Assembly (NCBI GenBank): GCA_965215605.1
Contig: OZ244070.1
Location: 1,280,001-1,344,000 of the forward strand
Source of the DNA: an uncultured Candidatus Binatia bacterium
Lineage (GTDB): Bacteria > Desulfobacterota > Binatia > UBA9968 > JAJDTQ01
DNA: 64,000 nucleotides
Direction of reading: 5' to 3'
In this document: piece after piece, positions 10,751-20,778 of the stretch
Numbering within the stretch: position 1 is the stretch's first letter
How the letters are laid out: each line of letters opens with the position of its first letter
Position numbers and translations under genes: made by a program
Notes under the pieces: generated by a model
Seen by the model: only the letters and a program-made list of their open reading frames with translations
The model's database searches: none
Told to the model about the DNA's origin: nothing

Positions 10751-11011
10751 ATGAGCGTGAAGATCAGACTCAGTCGCCACGGCGCCAAGAAGCGGCCGTA
10801 CTACCGTATCGTGGTGGCGGATGCCCGCACTCCCCGCGACGGCAGATTCATCGAGCAGGTGGGCACCTATGACCCCACGACTCCCTCCGCCGTGCTGAAG
10901 CTTGACCGGGCCAAGGTCGACGGCTGGCTGGAGCAGGGGGCGCAGCCGACCCAGACCGTGCGCAATCTCATCAAGAGGGCCGCGAAGGAAGCCGCAGCCG
11001 CGCCGGCGTAG
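10751..11011 (+). CDS. rpsP: 30S ribosomal protein S16
   Basis: [22 protein letters not shown]. Confidence 0.98.
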   Translation: MSVKIRLSRHGAKKRPYYRIVVADARTPRDGRFIEQVGTYDPTTPSAVLKLDRAKVDGWLEQGAQPTQTVRNLIKRAAKEAAAAPA

Positions 11012-11032
11012 GGACGGGTTTCGAACCCGCCC
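11008..11032 (+). repeat. GTAG-capped REP-like palindrome, copy 2
   Basis: GTAG GGACGGG TTTCGAA CCCGCCC; its TAG is the rpsP stop. Confidence 0.85.
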
Positions 11033-11096
11033 GCCTCCCGCTGGCGTCCCGGCGTTTGCCGAAGCCGCCGGACCGAGCGCGCAGGAGACAGGTTTC

Positions 11097-11336
11097 TTGA
11101 AGGAACTGGTACAGTATCTGGCCCGGTCCGTCGTGAGCGAGCCCGAGGCCGTCGAGGTCACGGAAACGCAGGACGACAACGCCTCGGTGTTTGAGCTCAA
11201 GGTGGCCAAGGAAGATCTCGGCCGGGTCATCGGCAGGCAGGGACGCACCGCCAAGTCGCTGCGAACGATATTGAACGCCGCTGGCGCCAAGATCGACCGG
11301 AAGGTCGTTCTGGAAATCGTCGACGAAGAAGATTAA
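11097..11336 (+). CDS. khpA: KH-domain RNA-binding protein
   Basis: DLGRVIGRQGRTAKSLR; located between rpsP and rimM; TTG start after AGGAG. Confidence 0.92.
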   Translation: MKELVQYLARSVVSEPEAVEVTETQDDNASVFELKVAKEDLGRVIGRQGRTAKSLRTILNAAGAKIDRKVVLEIVDEED

Positions 11337-11353
11337 CCGCTCCCTCCTTCCCA

Positions 11354-11866
11354 TTGTCCAGCAACAAGATCGCCCTGGGCGACATCGCAGGCACGCACGG
11401 CGTCGCCGGCTGGCTCCGGCTCAGATTGTACAACCCGCAAGGCCGCGCGCTCTATTCGACCACGGAGGTGGATCTGGCCCGCGGCGAAACCCGGTTCACG
11501 CTTCGCGTCGACGGGGCCAAGCCTCACCGGGGGTCCGCTCTTCTGAAGCTCCACGGCATCGATGACATGGACGCGGCCCGGGACCTGGTGGGCTGCCGGT
11601 TGTGGGTGCGGCAGGACGCGCTCGCGCCTTTGGGCGCGGCCGAGTATTACTACGAGGAAGTTGTGGGTTTCGAGGTGGTGGACGCCGAGGGTGAGCGCGT
11701 CGGCACCGTGACCCGGATATGGCCCCGGCAGGGCGGCGACCTGCTGGTGGTTGCGGGCCCCGCGAAGGAGCACCTGATCCCCGCGGTCAAGGAATTCGTC
11801 CGGCAGATCGACGTCGTGAACAGGACCGTGACCATCGACGCGCCCGACGGGCTGCTGGAACTGTAG
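11354..11866 (+). CDS. rimM: ribosome maturation factor RimM
   Basis: HGVAGWL, EYYY.E.VG and LIPAVKEFV..ID patterns; operon context. Confidence 0.93.
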   Translation: MSSNKIALGDIAGTHGVAGWLRLRLYNPQGRALYSTTEVDLARGETRFTLRVDGAKPHRGSALLKLHGIDDMDAARDLVGCRLWVRQDALAPLGAAEYYYEEVVGFEVVDAEGERVGTVTRIWPRQGGDLLVVAGPAKEHLIPAVKEFVRQIDVVNRTVTIDAPDGLLEL

Positions 11867-11887
11867 AGGCGGGGTTCAGACCCGCCC
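11863..11887 (+). repeat. GTAG-capped REP-like palindrome, copy 3
   Basis: GTAG AGGCGGG GTTCAGA CCCGCCC; its TAG is the rimM stop. Confidence 0.85.
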
Positions 11888-11934
11888 GCGCCCGAGCCGA
11901 CGCGAAAGACGGCAACACCGCCAAAGCGCCTGTC

Positions 11935-13215
11935 ATGCATTTCTCGGTCATCACCCTGTTTCCGGAGATCTTCGAGTCGCCGCTGGCCCACAGCATCCTC
12001 AAGCGGGCGCGGGAGAAGAACCTCCTCTCCATCGACCTGGTGGACCTGCGGCAGTATGCCACGGACCGGCACCGCACCACCGACGACTACCCCTACGGCG
12101 GCGGCCAGGGCATGGTGCTGAAGCCGGAGCCGCTCATCGAAGCCATCGAGGACTGCCGGCGCAGGCTAGACAACCCGCGGGTGGTGCTGCTGTCGCCCCG
12201 CGGCAGGGTCTTCGCTCAGGAGACCGCCGCGGAGACGTTGCGGCACCGGGAAGTCGTCCTGGTTTGCGGCCGCTACGAAGGGGTCGACGAGCGGGTCATG
12301 GACCATGTCGACGACACGCTCTCCATCGGGGACTATACCCTGAGCGGCGGCGAGATACCGGCTCTCGCGGTCATCGACACGGTGGCCCGGCTGGTGCCGG
12401 GCGTCCTGGGGAACGAGCAATCGGCCCGGGAGGAGTCGTTCATGGAGGGTCTGCTGGAATATCCGCAATACACCCGGCCGGCGGAGTACCGGGGCATGAA
12501 GGTCCCGGAGGTCCTGCTCTCCGGCGACCACGAGGCGATCCGCCGGTGGCGCCACAAGATGAGCGTCGAGACCACCGAGCGGCTGCGGCCGGACCTGCTG
12601 GCCAAGGCGCCCGGCGAGGCCGTCACGCCCCGGGCCGACGTCTACGTGGCACTGCTGCACTACCCCGTGTCCGACCGCCGCGGCGACACCGTCACCTCCT
12701 CCATCACCAATCTCGACATACACGATATCGCGCGCACCTGCCGCACCTACGGGGTTGCGGGCTTCCACGTCGTCAACCCGGTGAAGGCTCTGCAGAAGCT
12801 GGCGGCCAGGATCATCGATCACTGGGAGCGGGGCTACGGCGGCGACTACACCAGCACGCGCAGGGAAGCCCTGTCCCGGGTCCGGCTTTGCGACACGCTG
12901 GATGCGGCGGTGGCTAAAGTGGAGCGGGAGCGCGGCACCGTCCCCCGGCTGGTGGCGACATCGGCCCGATCCGTCCCGGGCAGGGAGCTGATAACTTTTG
13001 GAAAAATGCGGGAGATGCTAAGAAGAGACGATGTCCCCTGCATGATCCTGCTGGGCACGGGTTGGGGCCTGGCGGACTCCGTCTTCGCCCGCTCGGACTT
13101 GGTGCTGGAGCCCATCGCGGGCAAGGACGATTACAATCATCTTTCCGTGCGAGCGGCGTCCGCCATCATGCTGGATCGCATACTGGGACGGTTGCTGGAA
13201 GGGAGCGTCGAATGA
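11935..13215 (+). CDS. trmD: tRNA m1G37 methyltransferase TrmD fused to a C-terminal Tm1570/DUF2168-type SPOUT domain
   Basis: [32 protein letters not shown], followed in frame by ALLHYPV...[10 protein letters not shown]...YNHLSVRAA. Confidence 0.95.
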   Translation: MHFSVITLFPEIFESPLAHSILKRAREKNLLSIDLVDLRQYATDRHRTTDDYPYGGGQGMVLKPEPLIEAIEDCRRRLDNPRVVLLSPRGRVFAQETAAETLRHREVVLVCGRYEGVDERVMDHVDDTLSIGDYTLSGGEIPALAVIDTVARLVPGVLGNEQSAREESFMEGLLEYPQYTRPAEYRGMKVPEVLLSGDHEAIRRWRHKMSVETTERLRPDLLAKAPGEAVTPRADVYVALLHYPVSDRRGDTVTSSITNLDIHDIARTCRTYGVAGFHVVNPVKALQKLAARIIDHWERGYGGDYTSTRREALSRVRLCDTLDAAVAKVERERGTVPRLVATSARSVPGRELITFGKMREMLRRDDVPCMILLGTGWGLADSVFARSDLVLEPIAGKDDYNHLSVRAASAIMLDRILGRLLEGSVE

Positions 13216-13568
13216 ACGTCATAGACCGAATCGAACAGGAGCAGACGCGGGAAGCGCCCGCGATCAAGCCCGGGCAGCGGGTCCGTGTCCACGTCCGCAT
13301 CGTGGAAGGCGAGAAGGAGCGGATCCAGGTCTTCGAAGGCGTGGTGATCGGCATCTCCGGCAGCGGCAACCGCGAGACGTTCATGGTGCGCAAGACGTCC
13401 TACGGCGTGGGGGTGGAACGCATCTTCCCGCTCCACTCGCCGCGCATCGAGAAAGTCGAGATCGTCACCCAGGGCCGGGTCCGCAGAGCCAAGCTGTACT
13501 ACCTGAGAAACCTCTCGGGCAAGCGCGCCCGTCTGGAAGAGGACCGCAGGCCGCGGGCGTCGCGCTGA
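13212..13568 (+). CDS. rplS: 50S ribosomal protein L19
   Basis: [15 protein letters not shown] and [11 protein letters not shown]; ATGA overlap with trmD. Confidence 0.98.
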   Translation: MNVIDRIEQEQTREAPAIKPGQRVRVHVRIVEGEKERIQVFEGVVIGISGSGNRETFMVRKTSYGVGVERIFPLHSPRIEKVEIVTQGRVRRAKLYYLRNLSGKRARLEEDRRPRASR

Positions 13569-13575
13569 CGATGCC

Positions 13576-14904
13576 GTGGAACTGTTCGACTCCGCGAGTT
13601 CCCGCGGCGCCGGGAAGAACACGCCCCTGGCGGAGCGGATGCGGCCGTCCAGCCTGGACGACGTGCTGGGACAGGAGCATCTCCTGGGCCCCGGCAAGCT
13701 CCTGCGGGGCATGGCCGATACCGGCCGCCTCCAGTCCATCATCCTCTGGGGTCCGCCGGGATGCGGCAAGACGACCCTCGCCCGGCTTCTGGCCGATGCC
13801 TGCCAGGCCCACTGCATCCAGTTCTCCGCGGTCAGCTCCGGCACGCGGGAGCTGAAGAACCTCCTCCCGGACGCCCGGCGGCTGCAGCGGAGCGCCGTTC
13901 CGGTGGTGCTCCTGGTGGACGAGATCCACCACTTCAACAAGTCCCAGCAGGACACCTTCCTCCCCCATGTCGAGGGCGGACTGCTGACCCTCATCGGCGC
14001 CACCACCGAGAACCCGTCCTTCGAGCTGATCGCGCCGTTGCTCTCCCGTTGCCGGGTGTGCGTGATGCACCCCCTGACCGAGGAGACGCTCACGCGGGTC
14101 GTGGACCGGGCGCTGGCGGAAGGCGGACGAGGACTCTGGGACGCCGGCCTGGACATGGCGCCGGAGGCCCGGACGGCGCTGGTGCAGCGGGCGCAGGGAG
14201 ACGCCCGGGTGGCGCTCAACGGCCTGGAGGGAGCCGTCACGCTGGCCCGCAACGACTCCGGCGCCGCCCGCATCGACCTGATCCACGTCGAACAGGCCCT
14301 GCAGCTCGGGCCGCTCCGCTACGACAAGTCCGGCGAGGAGCACTACAACCTAACCTCCGCCTTCATCAAGAGCCTCCGGGGCAGCGACCCCGATGCCGCG
14401 GTGTACTGGATGGTGCGGATGATCGAGGCTGGTGAGGACCCGCTCTTCATCGCCCGCCGAATGGTCATCTTCGCCGCCGAGGACATCGGCAACGCCGACC
14501 CGCGGGCGTTGCAGGTGGCCGTGGCCGCCAAGGACGCGTTCCACTTCGTGGGATTGCCCGAGGGACGCATTCCCATGAGCCAGGCGGCCGTCTACCTGGC
14601 CGCCGCGCCCAAGTCCAATGCGTCCTACCGCGCGTTGCTGGAGGCCACCCGGGACGTGCGCGAACACGGCGCGCTGCCCACTCCCCTTCATCTTCGCAAC
14701 GCGCCCACCGGCCTGATGAAGTCCCTGGGCTACGGCGCCGACTACCGCTACCCCCACGACGCCCCCGGTCACGTCACGGAACAGCAGTACCTGCCGGCGG
14801 AGATCGAGGGACGCCGCTACTACGAGCCGGCCGACGAAGGGTATGAGCGGACAATCCGGGAGCGGCTGAAGTCCTGGGAGGCGTTGAAGAAGCGCCCGCG
14901 CTAG
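13576..14904 (+). CDS. rarA: replication-associated recombination protein A (MgsA AAA+)
   Basis: PLAERMRP, GPPGCGKTT, SAFIKSLRGSDPDAA and AEDIGNADP. Confidence 0.95.
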   Translation: MELFDSASSRGAGKNTPLAERMRPSSLDDVLGQEHLLGPGKLLRGMADTGRLQSIILWGPPGCGKTTLARLLADACQAHCIQFSAVSSGTRELKNLLPDARRLQRSAVPVVLLVDEIHHFNKSQQDTFLPHVEGGLLTLIGATTENPSFELIAPLLSRCRVCVMHPLTEETLTRVVDRALAEGGRGLWDAGLDMAPEARTALVQRAQGDARVALNGLEGAVTLARNDSGAARIDLIHVEQALQLGPLRYDKSGEEHYNLTSAFIKSLRGSDPDAAVYWMVRMIEAGEDPLFIARRMVIFAAEDIGNADPRALQVAVAAKDAFHFVGLPEGRIPMSQAAVYLAAAPKSNASYRALLEATRDVREHGALPTPLHLRNAPTGLMKSLGYGADYRYPHDAPGHVTEQQYLPAEIEGRRYYEPADEGYERTIRERLKSWEALKKRPR

Positions 14905-17039
14905 GGCGGGCTGGACGACGGCCCGCTTCCTGTCGGCGCCGGCCCGGCCGCGGCCGGCCGGCCGGCTTCCAGCTCCCGCCTGACGGCCCGGACCCGACTC
15001 AGGAAACGCTCGGTCGCGCGCTCGCCTTCCCTTCGATTGCGGATCACGCGGGGCGTGATCAGGATGACCAGTTCCGTCCGTTCGGACCGTTCGACGTCGG
15101 TGCGGAAGAGCTGGCCCAGGACCGGCAGTTCCATGAGCAGGGGAATGCCGAGTCGGGTCCGACGGCGGGTGTCCGTGATGATGCCGCCGATGACGAGGGT
15201 CTGGCCGTCCTGAAGCACGGCGGTGGTCTCCGCGTCCCGGACGTTGAAGGCGGCGAAGGATTGCCTCCCCACCACCACCCGTTCGCCCACGTCGCTGACC
15301 TCGACCCTGACCTGCAGATGAACGAGACCTTCTGAGTTCACCTGGGGCACGATGGTGAGAATCCGGCCGACGTTCTTGAACTGGATGGTCGTGGTGGTCG
15401 CCTGAGCCTCTTGCGAAACCACCATTCCGGTGGCCACGGGCTGCTCGCTCCCTACGCGAATCCGCGCGGGCCGGTTGTCCACGGCCAGCAGATGGGGCGA
15501 AGACAGCACCTTGACACGGGCGTCCTGCATCAGCGCGTTGACGAACACGCGAAATTCCCTTCCTGCTTCGACAATGGACGCGAACCCCGATTCCAACGCC
15601 CGGAAGCCGGCGCTGTCCTGTTGGCTTGCCGGGGAGCCGTCTCCTGCGGCCGCGAAGCCTCCTTTCGAAAGCGCGTATTCCACGCCGAACTCGAAGTCTT
15701 CGGAGAGCGTTACCTCCGCCACCAGCACCTCCATGAGGACCTGGCGCGGAACCAGGTCCAGCCTCCCCAGCACTTCCTCGATGGCGCGATATTCCCGCGG
15801 CGTCGCGAGAATGACCAGCGAGTTCGTGGCCGGCTCCGCAACCACCCGTACCCCTTGCTCCGCTTCGTTCCGGGCCAGGCGGGCGGCGGCGGGCGGCAGA
15901 GCGGCCGGCAATTGCGTCCAGCCCGGCCAATCCCGGCGCGCGGCCGCCCGGAGACCTCCGTCGCCATCGGCGCTCCCGGAAAAGGCCGGCAGTCCTTGCC
16001 GGCTGCCTTCCGTTCTTTCCGCGGCCGGGAGTCCGGCCGCGGCGCCGACCCCGTCCCGGCGCGACCGCGGGTCGGGTTGGCGGCCGGACGGCCCGCCGGA
16101 CCCGTAAAGCTGACCGAGCACCCGCGCCAGTTCCGTCGCCTTGCCGTTCTCCACCGGCCGGATGAAAATCTTCCGTCCAGGTCCCTCGGCGGCAACGTCG
16201 ATGCGCTCGATCCAGCGCTTCACGTACTGCCACGCGGCCTCGCTGTAGGCGATGATCAGGAGCTGATCGATCCGTGGCAGCGGCAGGAACCGGGCGGCGA
16301 AGTTGTCCTCCTGCGCCGCGGAGGCCGCGAACAGCTTCATGGCCGCCGACATCTCCCGCGCAAGCTCCCGAGCCGACGCTGCCTTGGGTCGGTAAAGCTC
16401 CATGCGGGTCCCGGCAAAGACCTGGACGTCGATCAGATCCCTGATTTCCGCCAGACGTCGGATGTTTGACGGCAGATCGACAAGTACCAGATAGTTGCCC
16501 CGCACATGTTCGAGAATCGAAGCCCCCTTGCCCATGAACGGCGTCAGCAACCGCTTCATGGCGCTCGCCGGGAGAAACCGCACGGGAAGGACGTGCATGG
16601 CCAGACCGGGGCCCTTCGCCGCGCCCGGACGGGCCAACCCGGAACCCTTCGCGATGGAAGTGATGCGGTACAGGTTCCCTCGCTTGACGGCGACGGCGCC
16701 ATGGATTCGAAGGAGTTCGTGGAAGATCGGCAACAGGTCGTCCCGCCGTACCGGGTGGCCGCTGAACAGCGTAACCATGCCCCCGACGTCCTTGTCGATG
16801 GTGTAGTTGAGCCGCAGGTGCCGCGCCAGGAGGTGGATGACCTCCACGAGGTCGGCGCCGTCGAAGTTCAGGGTCACCGTCCCGGCGCCCCCGGCGGGAC
16901 CGATGGGCGCAACGGCCCCCGACGGGCCGGTTTCCGAAACGGGCGGGCGCAAAGAGGCGCCCTGGCCCATCACCGGAGCCTCCCAGAGATGAAGACCCAC
17001 GATCAACGAGGCGACAACCTTCAGGGCTTTTGCGGTCAT
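14901..17039 (-). CDS. gspD: secretin, type II secretion GspD-like
   Basis: N0 domain (TLNFDGADL), QVLMEVLVAEV, and C-terminal GIPLL.ELPVLGQLF...ELVILITPRVI; start uncertain. Confidence 0.85.
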   Translation of the reverse strand: MTAKALKVVASLIVGLHLWEAPVMGQGASLRPPVSETGPSGAVAPIGPAGGAGTVTLNFDGADLVEVIHLLARHLRLNYTIDKDVGGMVTLFSGHPVRRDDLLPIFHELLRIHGAVAVKRGNLYRITSIAKGSGLARPGAAKGPGLAMHVLPVRFLPASAMKRLLTPFMGKGASILEHVRGNYLVLVDLPSNIRRLAEIRDLIDVQVFAGTRMELYRPKAASARELAREMSAAMKLFAASAAQEDNFAARFLPLPRIDQLLIIAYSEAAWQYVKRWIERIDVAAEGPGRKIFIRPVENGKATELARVLGQLYGSGGPSGRQPDPRSRRDGVGAAAGLPAAERTEGSRQGLPAFSGSADGDGGLRAAARRDWPGWTQLPAALPPAAARLARNEAEQGVRVVAEPATNSLVILATPREYRAIEEVLGRLDLVPRQVLMEVLVAEVTLSEDFEFGVEYALSKGGFAAAGDGSPASQQDSAGFRALESGFASIVEAGREFRVFVNALMQDARVKVLSSPHLLAVDNRPARIRVGSEQPVATGMVVSQEAQATTTTIQFKNVGRILTIVPQVNSEGLVHLQVRVEVSDVGERVVVGRQSFAAFNVRDAETTAVLQDGQTLVIGGIITDTRRRTRLGIPLLMELPVLGQLFRTDVERSERTELVILITPRVIRNRREGERATERFLSRVRAVRRELEAGRPAAAGPAPTGSGPSSSPP

Positions 17040-17151
17040 GCCTTGTAGGGGACGCAAATTTCGGACCGGTTCCGATACGGTCCGTGATCGGGAGACAGAA
17101 GGGACGGCGATAGCGAATTTTCGCTCTCGCGAATTCCTGCGGCGCAAGCTC

Positions 17152-19428
17152 CTAGGAACCCAGGCCGAGCAGATTGAACTTGACCGAGTAAAGCGTGCGA
17201 TCCGGGTTGGTGTGCCTGTCGACCGAAACCGCGAAGGTCCAACACTCGCACTCGGAAAGATACTTGATGCTCCCCCGGTTGCGCGTCATCCGGCCCGCTT
17301 CGCCGTCGTAGCTGCCGTCGTAGAGCCACAGGATCTGGTCGGTCAAACGCAACAGGGCATCGGCCTGCAGGCCGTTCAACGGATCCCGTTGCTCGCACCG
17401 GCTGTCCCCCGGACAGTCGGCGGCGGGGTTGAGATTGGCGTCCCCGGCGAGCGGCGCAAGCGGATTCTCCCTTATGTGGAGGTAACGCAGCGAAAGGCGG
17501 TTGGGGCGCGCGAAGTCCCTGTCGGCGACTCCTGTCTCGATGGGCGCGGCCGCCGACACGGAGAACCCGAGCGCCGCTTGCTGGAGATTCCACGGCCCCG
17601 GGTCCAGGCCCGCGGCGGCATCGACGTCGAGGTTCCTGGCGGGGCTGAAGCGGACGTCCACGTCCACATCGGACAGGTCGTCCCGTCCCTCGCGCGACCG
17701 GTCTATGTCGAAGTTCGTGGCCACCCGGGCGACGGCCAACTGACGCATCGCCACGCGTTCGGCGGCGGCGGCGCGCCCGGACGTCCCCCAGAAACGATTG
17801 GTCAACGAGGCCGTGAGCACGTTGCGGCGGTTGATCCGATCGATGCCGTCCCAGATGGGGAGCCTGCTCTGGTCCGTATGCGGGATAAACAGGTACTCGA
17901 CCGCCGGCTCCACCACGTGCCGTATCCGGCTCCACGCGTCCCCGTTCAACTCATAGGCGCGGCTCAGCGAGGTGGCCAGGCGCCCGCGGACCTCCAGCAA
18001 CTCCCGGGAACTGTTGCGCGGGAACTTGCCGCTGAAGCCGTCCTGCTCCGCGTCGAACCTGCCCTCCACCGTGTCGAGCCGGTACAGGGTCTCGCGCAGC
18101 GCAACGCTGGTGGCGAGCCTGAAGTGACGGCCTAGCGTCACCGGCCAGGTCAACTCCGGCCTGATATCCACTCTCAGACCGTCGGCGCGCTTCTCGCGCA
18201 CGAAATTCGTCAGCTGCACGTTCCAGCCGAAGTCGAGCCGGTTGTCAAGCGGACGGGCGCCTGTGAAGGAGAGGTGGGGCATCCGGTGCAGCGTGTGCCT
18301 TCGCGGCTGGACCAGATCCTGCTGGTAGTCCAGCAACCCCTGGAGCGTCATGCCCGACTCATGCCGATAGAACCCGAGCCGCGACGCGCTGTAACGGCTC
18401 GTACGGGCAAGCCGTCTCGCATCGGAGCCGAGGTCGGAGAACTCCAGCAACTCGCGCGTCACCAGGCTGTCGCTGTAGAGCGCCACGTCGCTGAAGGTGG
18501 TCCACGGGCCGCGCTGGCGATGCGTCAGCATGGCGCTCCAGCGGTCCTCGGGAATCTCGGGATCGGCGATCCGCTTGTTCGCTACCACCCGGGTGTCGCG
18601 CATCTTCTCGCTGAAGTAGGCGACGTCCAGGCGCCCGGCGGCCGCACGGTTGAGCACCGTGCGGTACTGCCCCGCCACGCCAAGGCGTGTCTTGGACTCC
18701 GAGACGATGTTGAGCGTCGCATCGTTGCTCTTGTCCAGCGCCCAGAAGAAGGGCTGCCGGTACAGCAGCCCGTTCTCGTCGGACCAGCCGACGGAAGGGA
18801 AGAGCAGCCCGGTGGTGCGTTGCGATTGATGGGGAACGGACACGTAGGGCAGGTAGAGGACGGGAACGTCGTAGACATAGAAGGTGGCGTCGTCCGCCTC
18901 CACATCGCCTTCCCCGCTCAGCCGGAGCTCCCGGGCGCCGATGCGCCACGGAGACGTTCCGGTCTCGCAAAAGCAGGTGGTGAAAAGCCCGTCCTCGACC
19001 GTGTAGACCTGTCCGGGGAATTTCTCCAGCCGGCTTCCGCTGAAGCTGATACGGCCTTCCTCGATGAACACCTCGCCGTCGAGAATCGTGGCCGTCTCGT
19101 CCCTCAGGTTCATCTCGAGCCGCGACGCCGTCAGCCGGTACCGCGGATCACGGAGAGTTACCGAGCCCTCGGCGCGCAGCGTTTGCGCCGACCGGCGGAC
19201 ATCCACGGCATCGGCTCCGAAGACGGTCTGTCCCTGCCGTACCTCCACGTTGCCCCGGACCTCGATGGTGTCGCCCCCCTCGCTCACCTGAATGGACTCG
19301 CCGGCCAATACCTCGACCCGCTCCGTATCGCCTTCGGATTGGGCCTGCGCCACGGCGACGGGCCACGGGAGGCACCACGCCAGCAGCAGCCACGTCAGGG
19401 TCCGGATGTTTGATTTCGATCGAAGCAT
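17152..19428 (-). CDS. lptD: LPS-assembly outer membrane protein LptD
   Basis: Signal peptide, OstA-like N-terminal domain, FTTC motif, RTTGLLFPS and a beta-barrel-type C-terminus. Confidence 0.85.
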   Translation of the reverse strand: MLRSKSNIRTLTWLLLAWCLPWPVAVAQAQSEGDTERVEVLAGESIQVSEGGDTIEVRGNVEVRQGQTVFGADAVDVRRSAQTLRAEGSVTLRDPRYRLTASRLEMNLRDETATILDGEVFIEEGRISFSGSRLEKFPGQVYTVEDGLFTTCFCETGTSPWRIGARELRLSGEGDVEADDATFYVYDVPVLYLPYVSVPHQSQRTTGLLFPSVGWSDENGLLYRQPFFWALDKSNDATLNIVSESKTRLGVAGQYRTVLNRAAAGRLDVAYFSEKMRDTRVVANKRIADPEIPEDRWSAMLTHRQRGPWTTFSDVALYSDSLVTRELLEFSDLGSDARRLARTSRYSASRLGFYRHESGMTLQGLLDYQQDLVQPRRHTLHRMPHLSFTGARPLDNRLDFGWNVQLTNFVREKRADGLRVDIRPELTWPVTLGRHFRLATSVALRETLYRLDTVEGRFDAEQDGFSGKFPRNSSRELLEVRGRLATSLSRAYELNGDAWSRIRHVVEPAVEYLFIPHTDQSRLPIWDGIDRINRRNVLTASLTNRFWGTSGRAAAAERVAMRQLAVARVATNFDIDRSREGRDDLSDVDVDVRFSPARNLDVDAAAGLDPGPWNLQQAALGFSVSAAAPIETGVADRDFARPNRLSLRYLHIRENPLAPLAGDANLNPAADCPGDSRCEQRDPLNGLQADALLRLTDQILWLYDGSYDGEAGRMTRNRGSIKYLSECECWTFAVSVDRHTNPDRTLYSVKFNLLGLGS

Positions 19429-19452
19429 GTCTTGACCGCCACATTCACTGGG

Positions 19453-20778
19453 CTATCGTGATCGCGCCGCCAGTTCAAGGACCTTGCCGCGGACCGCGCC
19501 CACGAGATAGAGGGAGCCGGCCACGAGAACCGGATCGTTCCGCCGGCGCCGGTCGGCCGCGAGCCGCGAAATGGCGGCAACCGGATCGTCCGCCGTGGTT
19601 GCCGGCAGTCCCGCGGGCACGGCCGAAAGCAACGAACGCGGGTCGGCCCCTCTCCCGGACGGGACCCGCGTCAACACCACCTCCCTGGACACCGCGCACA
19701 GCGCGGCAAGCATTGCCGGCCAGTCCTTGTCCACCATGCTGCCGAACAGCAACCGGACCTTCCCGCAGCCCGGGAGCCTCCGGATCTCGCCGACGAGCGC
19801 CTCCACCGCCCCAAGGTTGTGTGCGCCGTCCAAGATGACCGCCGGGCGCCCGGACACCCTCTCGAACCGGCCCGGCCAAGCCACCGCCGCCAGACCGGAA
19901 CGAATCGACTTCTCCCGGACGGGCAACACCGGCCTCAACGCCTCGAGGGCGGCCAGGGCCACTCCCGCATTGTGTCGTTGATACTCCCCTCGCAACCCCA
20001 GGTCCAGCCCCTGCAGCGACCATTCCGGTCCGCGATAGTCGAACGAGCGGTGGTCACGGGCGGCGACGGAGAAGTCCCTGGCCCAATGAAGCACCGCGAC
20101 GCCGGCGGCCCGCGCCACCCCGTTCACCGCCCGCTTCGCCGCGGGAGACAGGGCGCCGCACACCAGCGGAACCCCCGCTTTGACGATGCCGGCCTTTTCC
20201 CGGGCAATGGAGCCGATGCGGCTGCCAAGGAAACGCTCGTGGTCCCGTGAAATGGTGGTGATGACGGTGACATCCGGCCGCACCACGTTGGTGGCGTCGA
20301 GCCGTCCCCCGAGACCCACCTCCACCACCGCGGCCTCCACCCCCTCCCGGGCGAAGTGCAGGAACGCCATCACGGTGGCGAACTCGAAGAACGTGAGACA
20401 GACGGCCGCCCGCCGCATGCGCCCGGCGATCTCCCCGACGAAGGCCGTCACCGAGGCCTGGCTGATGCGCCGCTTGCCCACGCGGATCCTCTCGGGGAAG
20501 GCGGACAGGTGCGGCGAGGTGTAGAGTCCCGCGCGGTAGCCCGCCGCGGACAGCACCGAGTGGACCATCGCGGCCGTGGAACCCTTGCCGTTGGTTCCGG
20601 CGACATGGCAGACCTTGAACCGGTGCTGCGGGTTGTCGAACAACGACAACGCCCGAGCCACCCGCTCGAGCCGGAGATCGATCTCGGCGCCGCGGAGGTT
20701 GTAAATGAGATCAAGGCTTTTCTTATAGGAAGTCACGGGACCAGGGCGGGGGCGGGTTCGAACCCGCCCCCGCGTCAT
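19453..20778 (-). CDS. folC: folylpolyglutamate/dihydrofolate synthase
   Basis: HVAGTNGKGS, YTSPHL, EVGLGGRLDATN and DGAHN; start either 20778 (ATGA overlap with trpF) or GTG 20736. Confidence 0.95.
   Translation of the reverse strand: MTRGRVRTRPRPGPVTSYKKSLDLIYNLRGAEIDLRLERVARALSLFDNPQHRFKVCHVAGTNGKGSTAAMVHSVLSAAGYRAGLYTSPHLSAFPERIRVGKRRISQASVTAFVGEIAGRMRRAAVCLTFFEFATVMAFLHFAREGVEAAVVEVGLGGRLDATNVVRPDVTVITTISRDHERFLGSRIGSIAREKAGIVKAGVPLVCGALSPAAKRAVNGVARAAGVAVLHWARDFSVAARDHRSFDYRGPEWSLQGLDLGLRGEYQRHNAGVALAALEALRPVLPVREKSIRSGLAAVAWPGRFERVSGRPAVILDGAHNLGAVEALVGEIRRLPGCGKVRLLFGSMVDKDWPAMLAALCAVSREVVLTRVPSGRGADPRSLLSAVPAGLPATTADDPVAAISRLAADRRRRNDPVLVAGSLYLVGAVRGKVLELAARSR
20746..20773. repeat. 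REP-family perfect 28-bp palindrome without the GTAG cap, copy 4
   Basis: GCGGGGGCGGGTTCGAACCCGCCCCCGC; same GGGCGGG..CCCGCCC core as the other copies. Confidence 0.8.

Noticed and set aside
14901-14926. TAGGGCGGGC...GCCCGC hairpin after the rarA stop as a REP copy
   Set aside because: CTAG rather than GTAG, different loop, and it lies in gspD coding sequence; a remnant at best
20746-20773. GGTTCGAACCC as a tRNA T-arm or integrase attachment site
   Set aside because: No acceptor, anticodon or D arm and no integrase; better explained by the REP family
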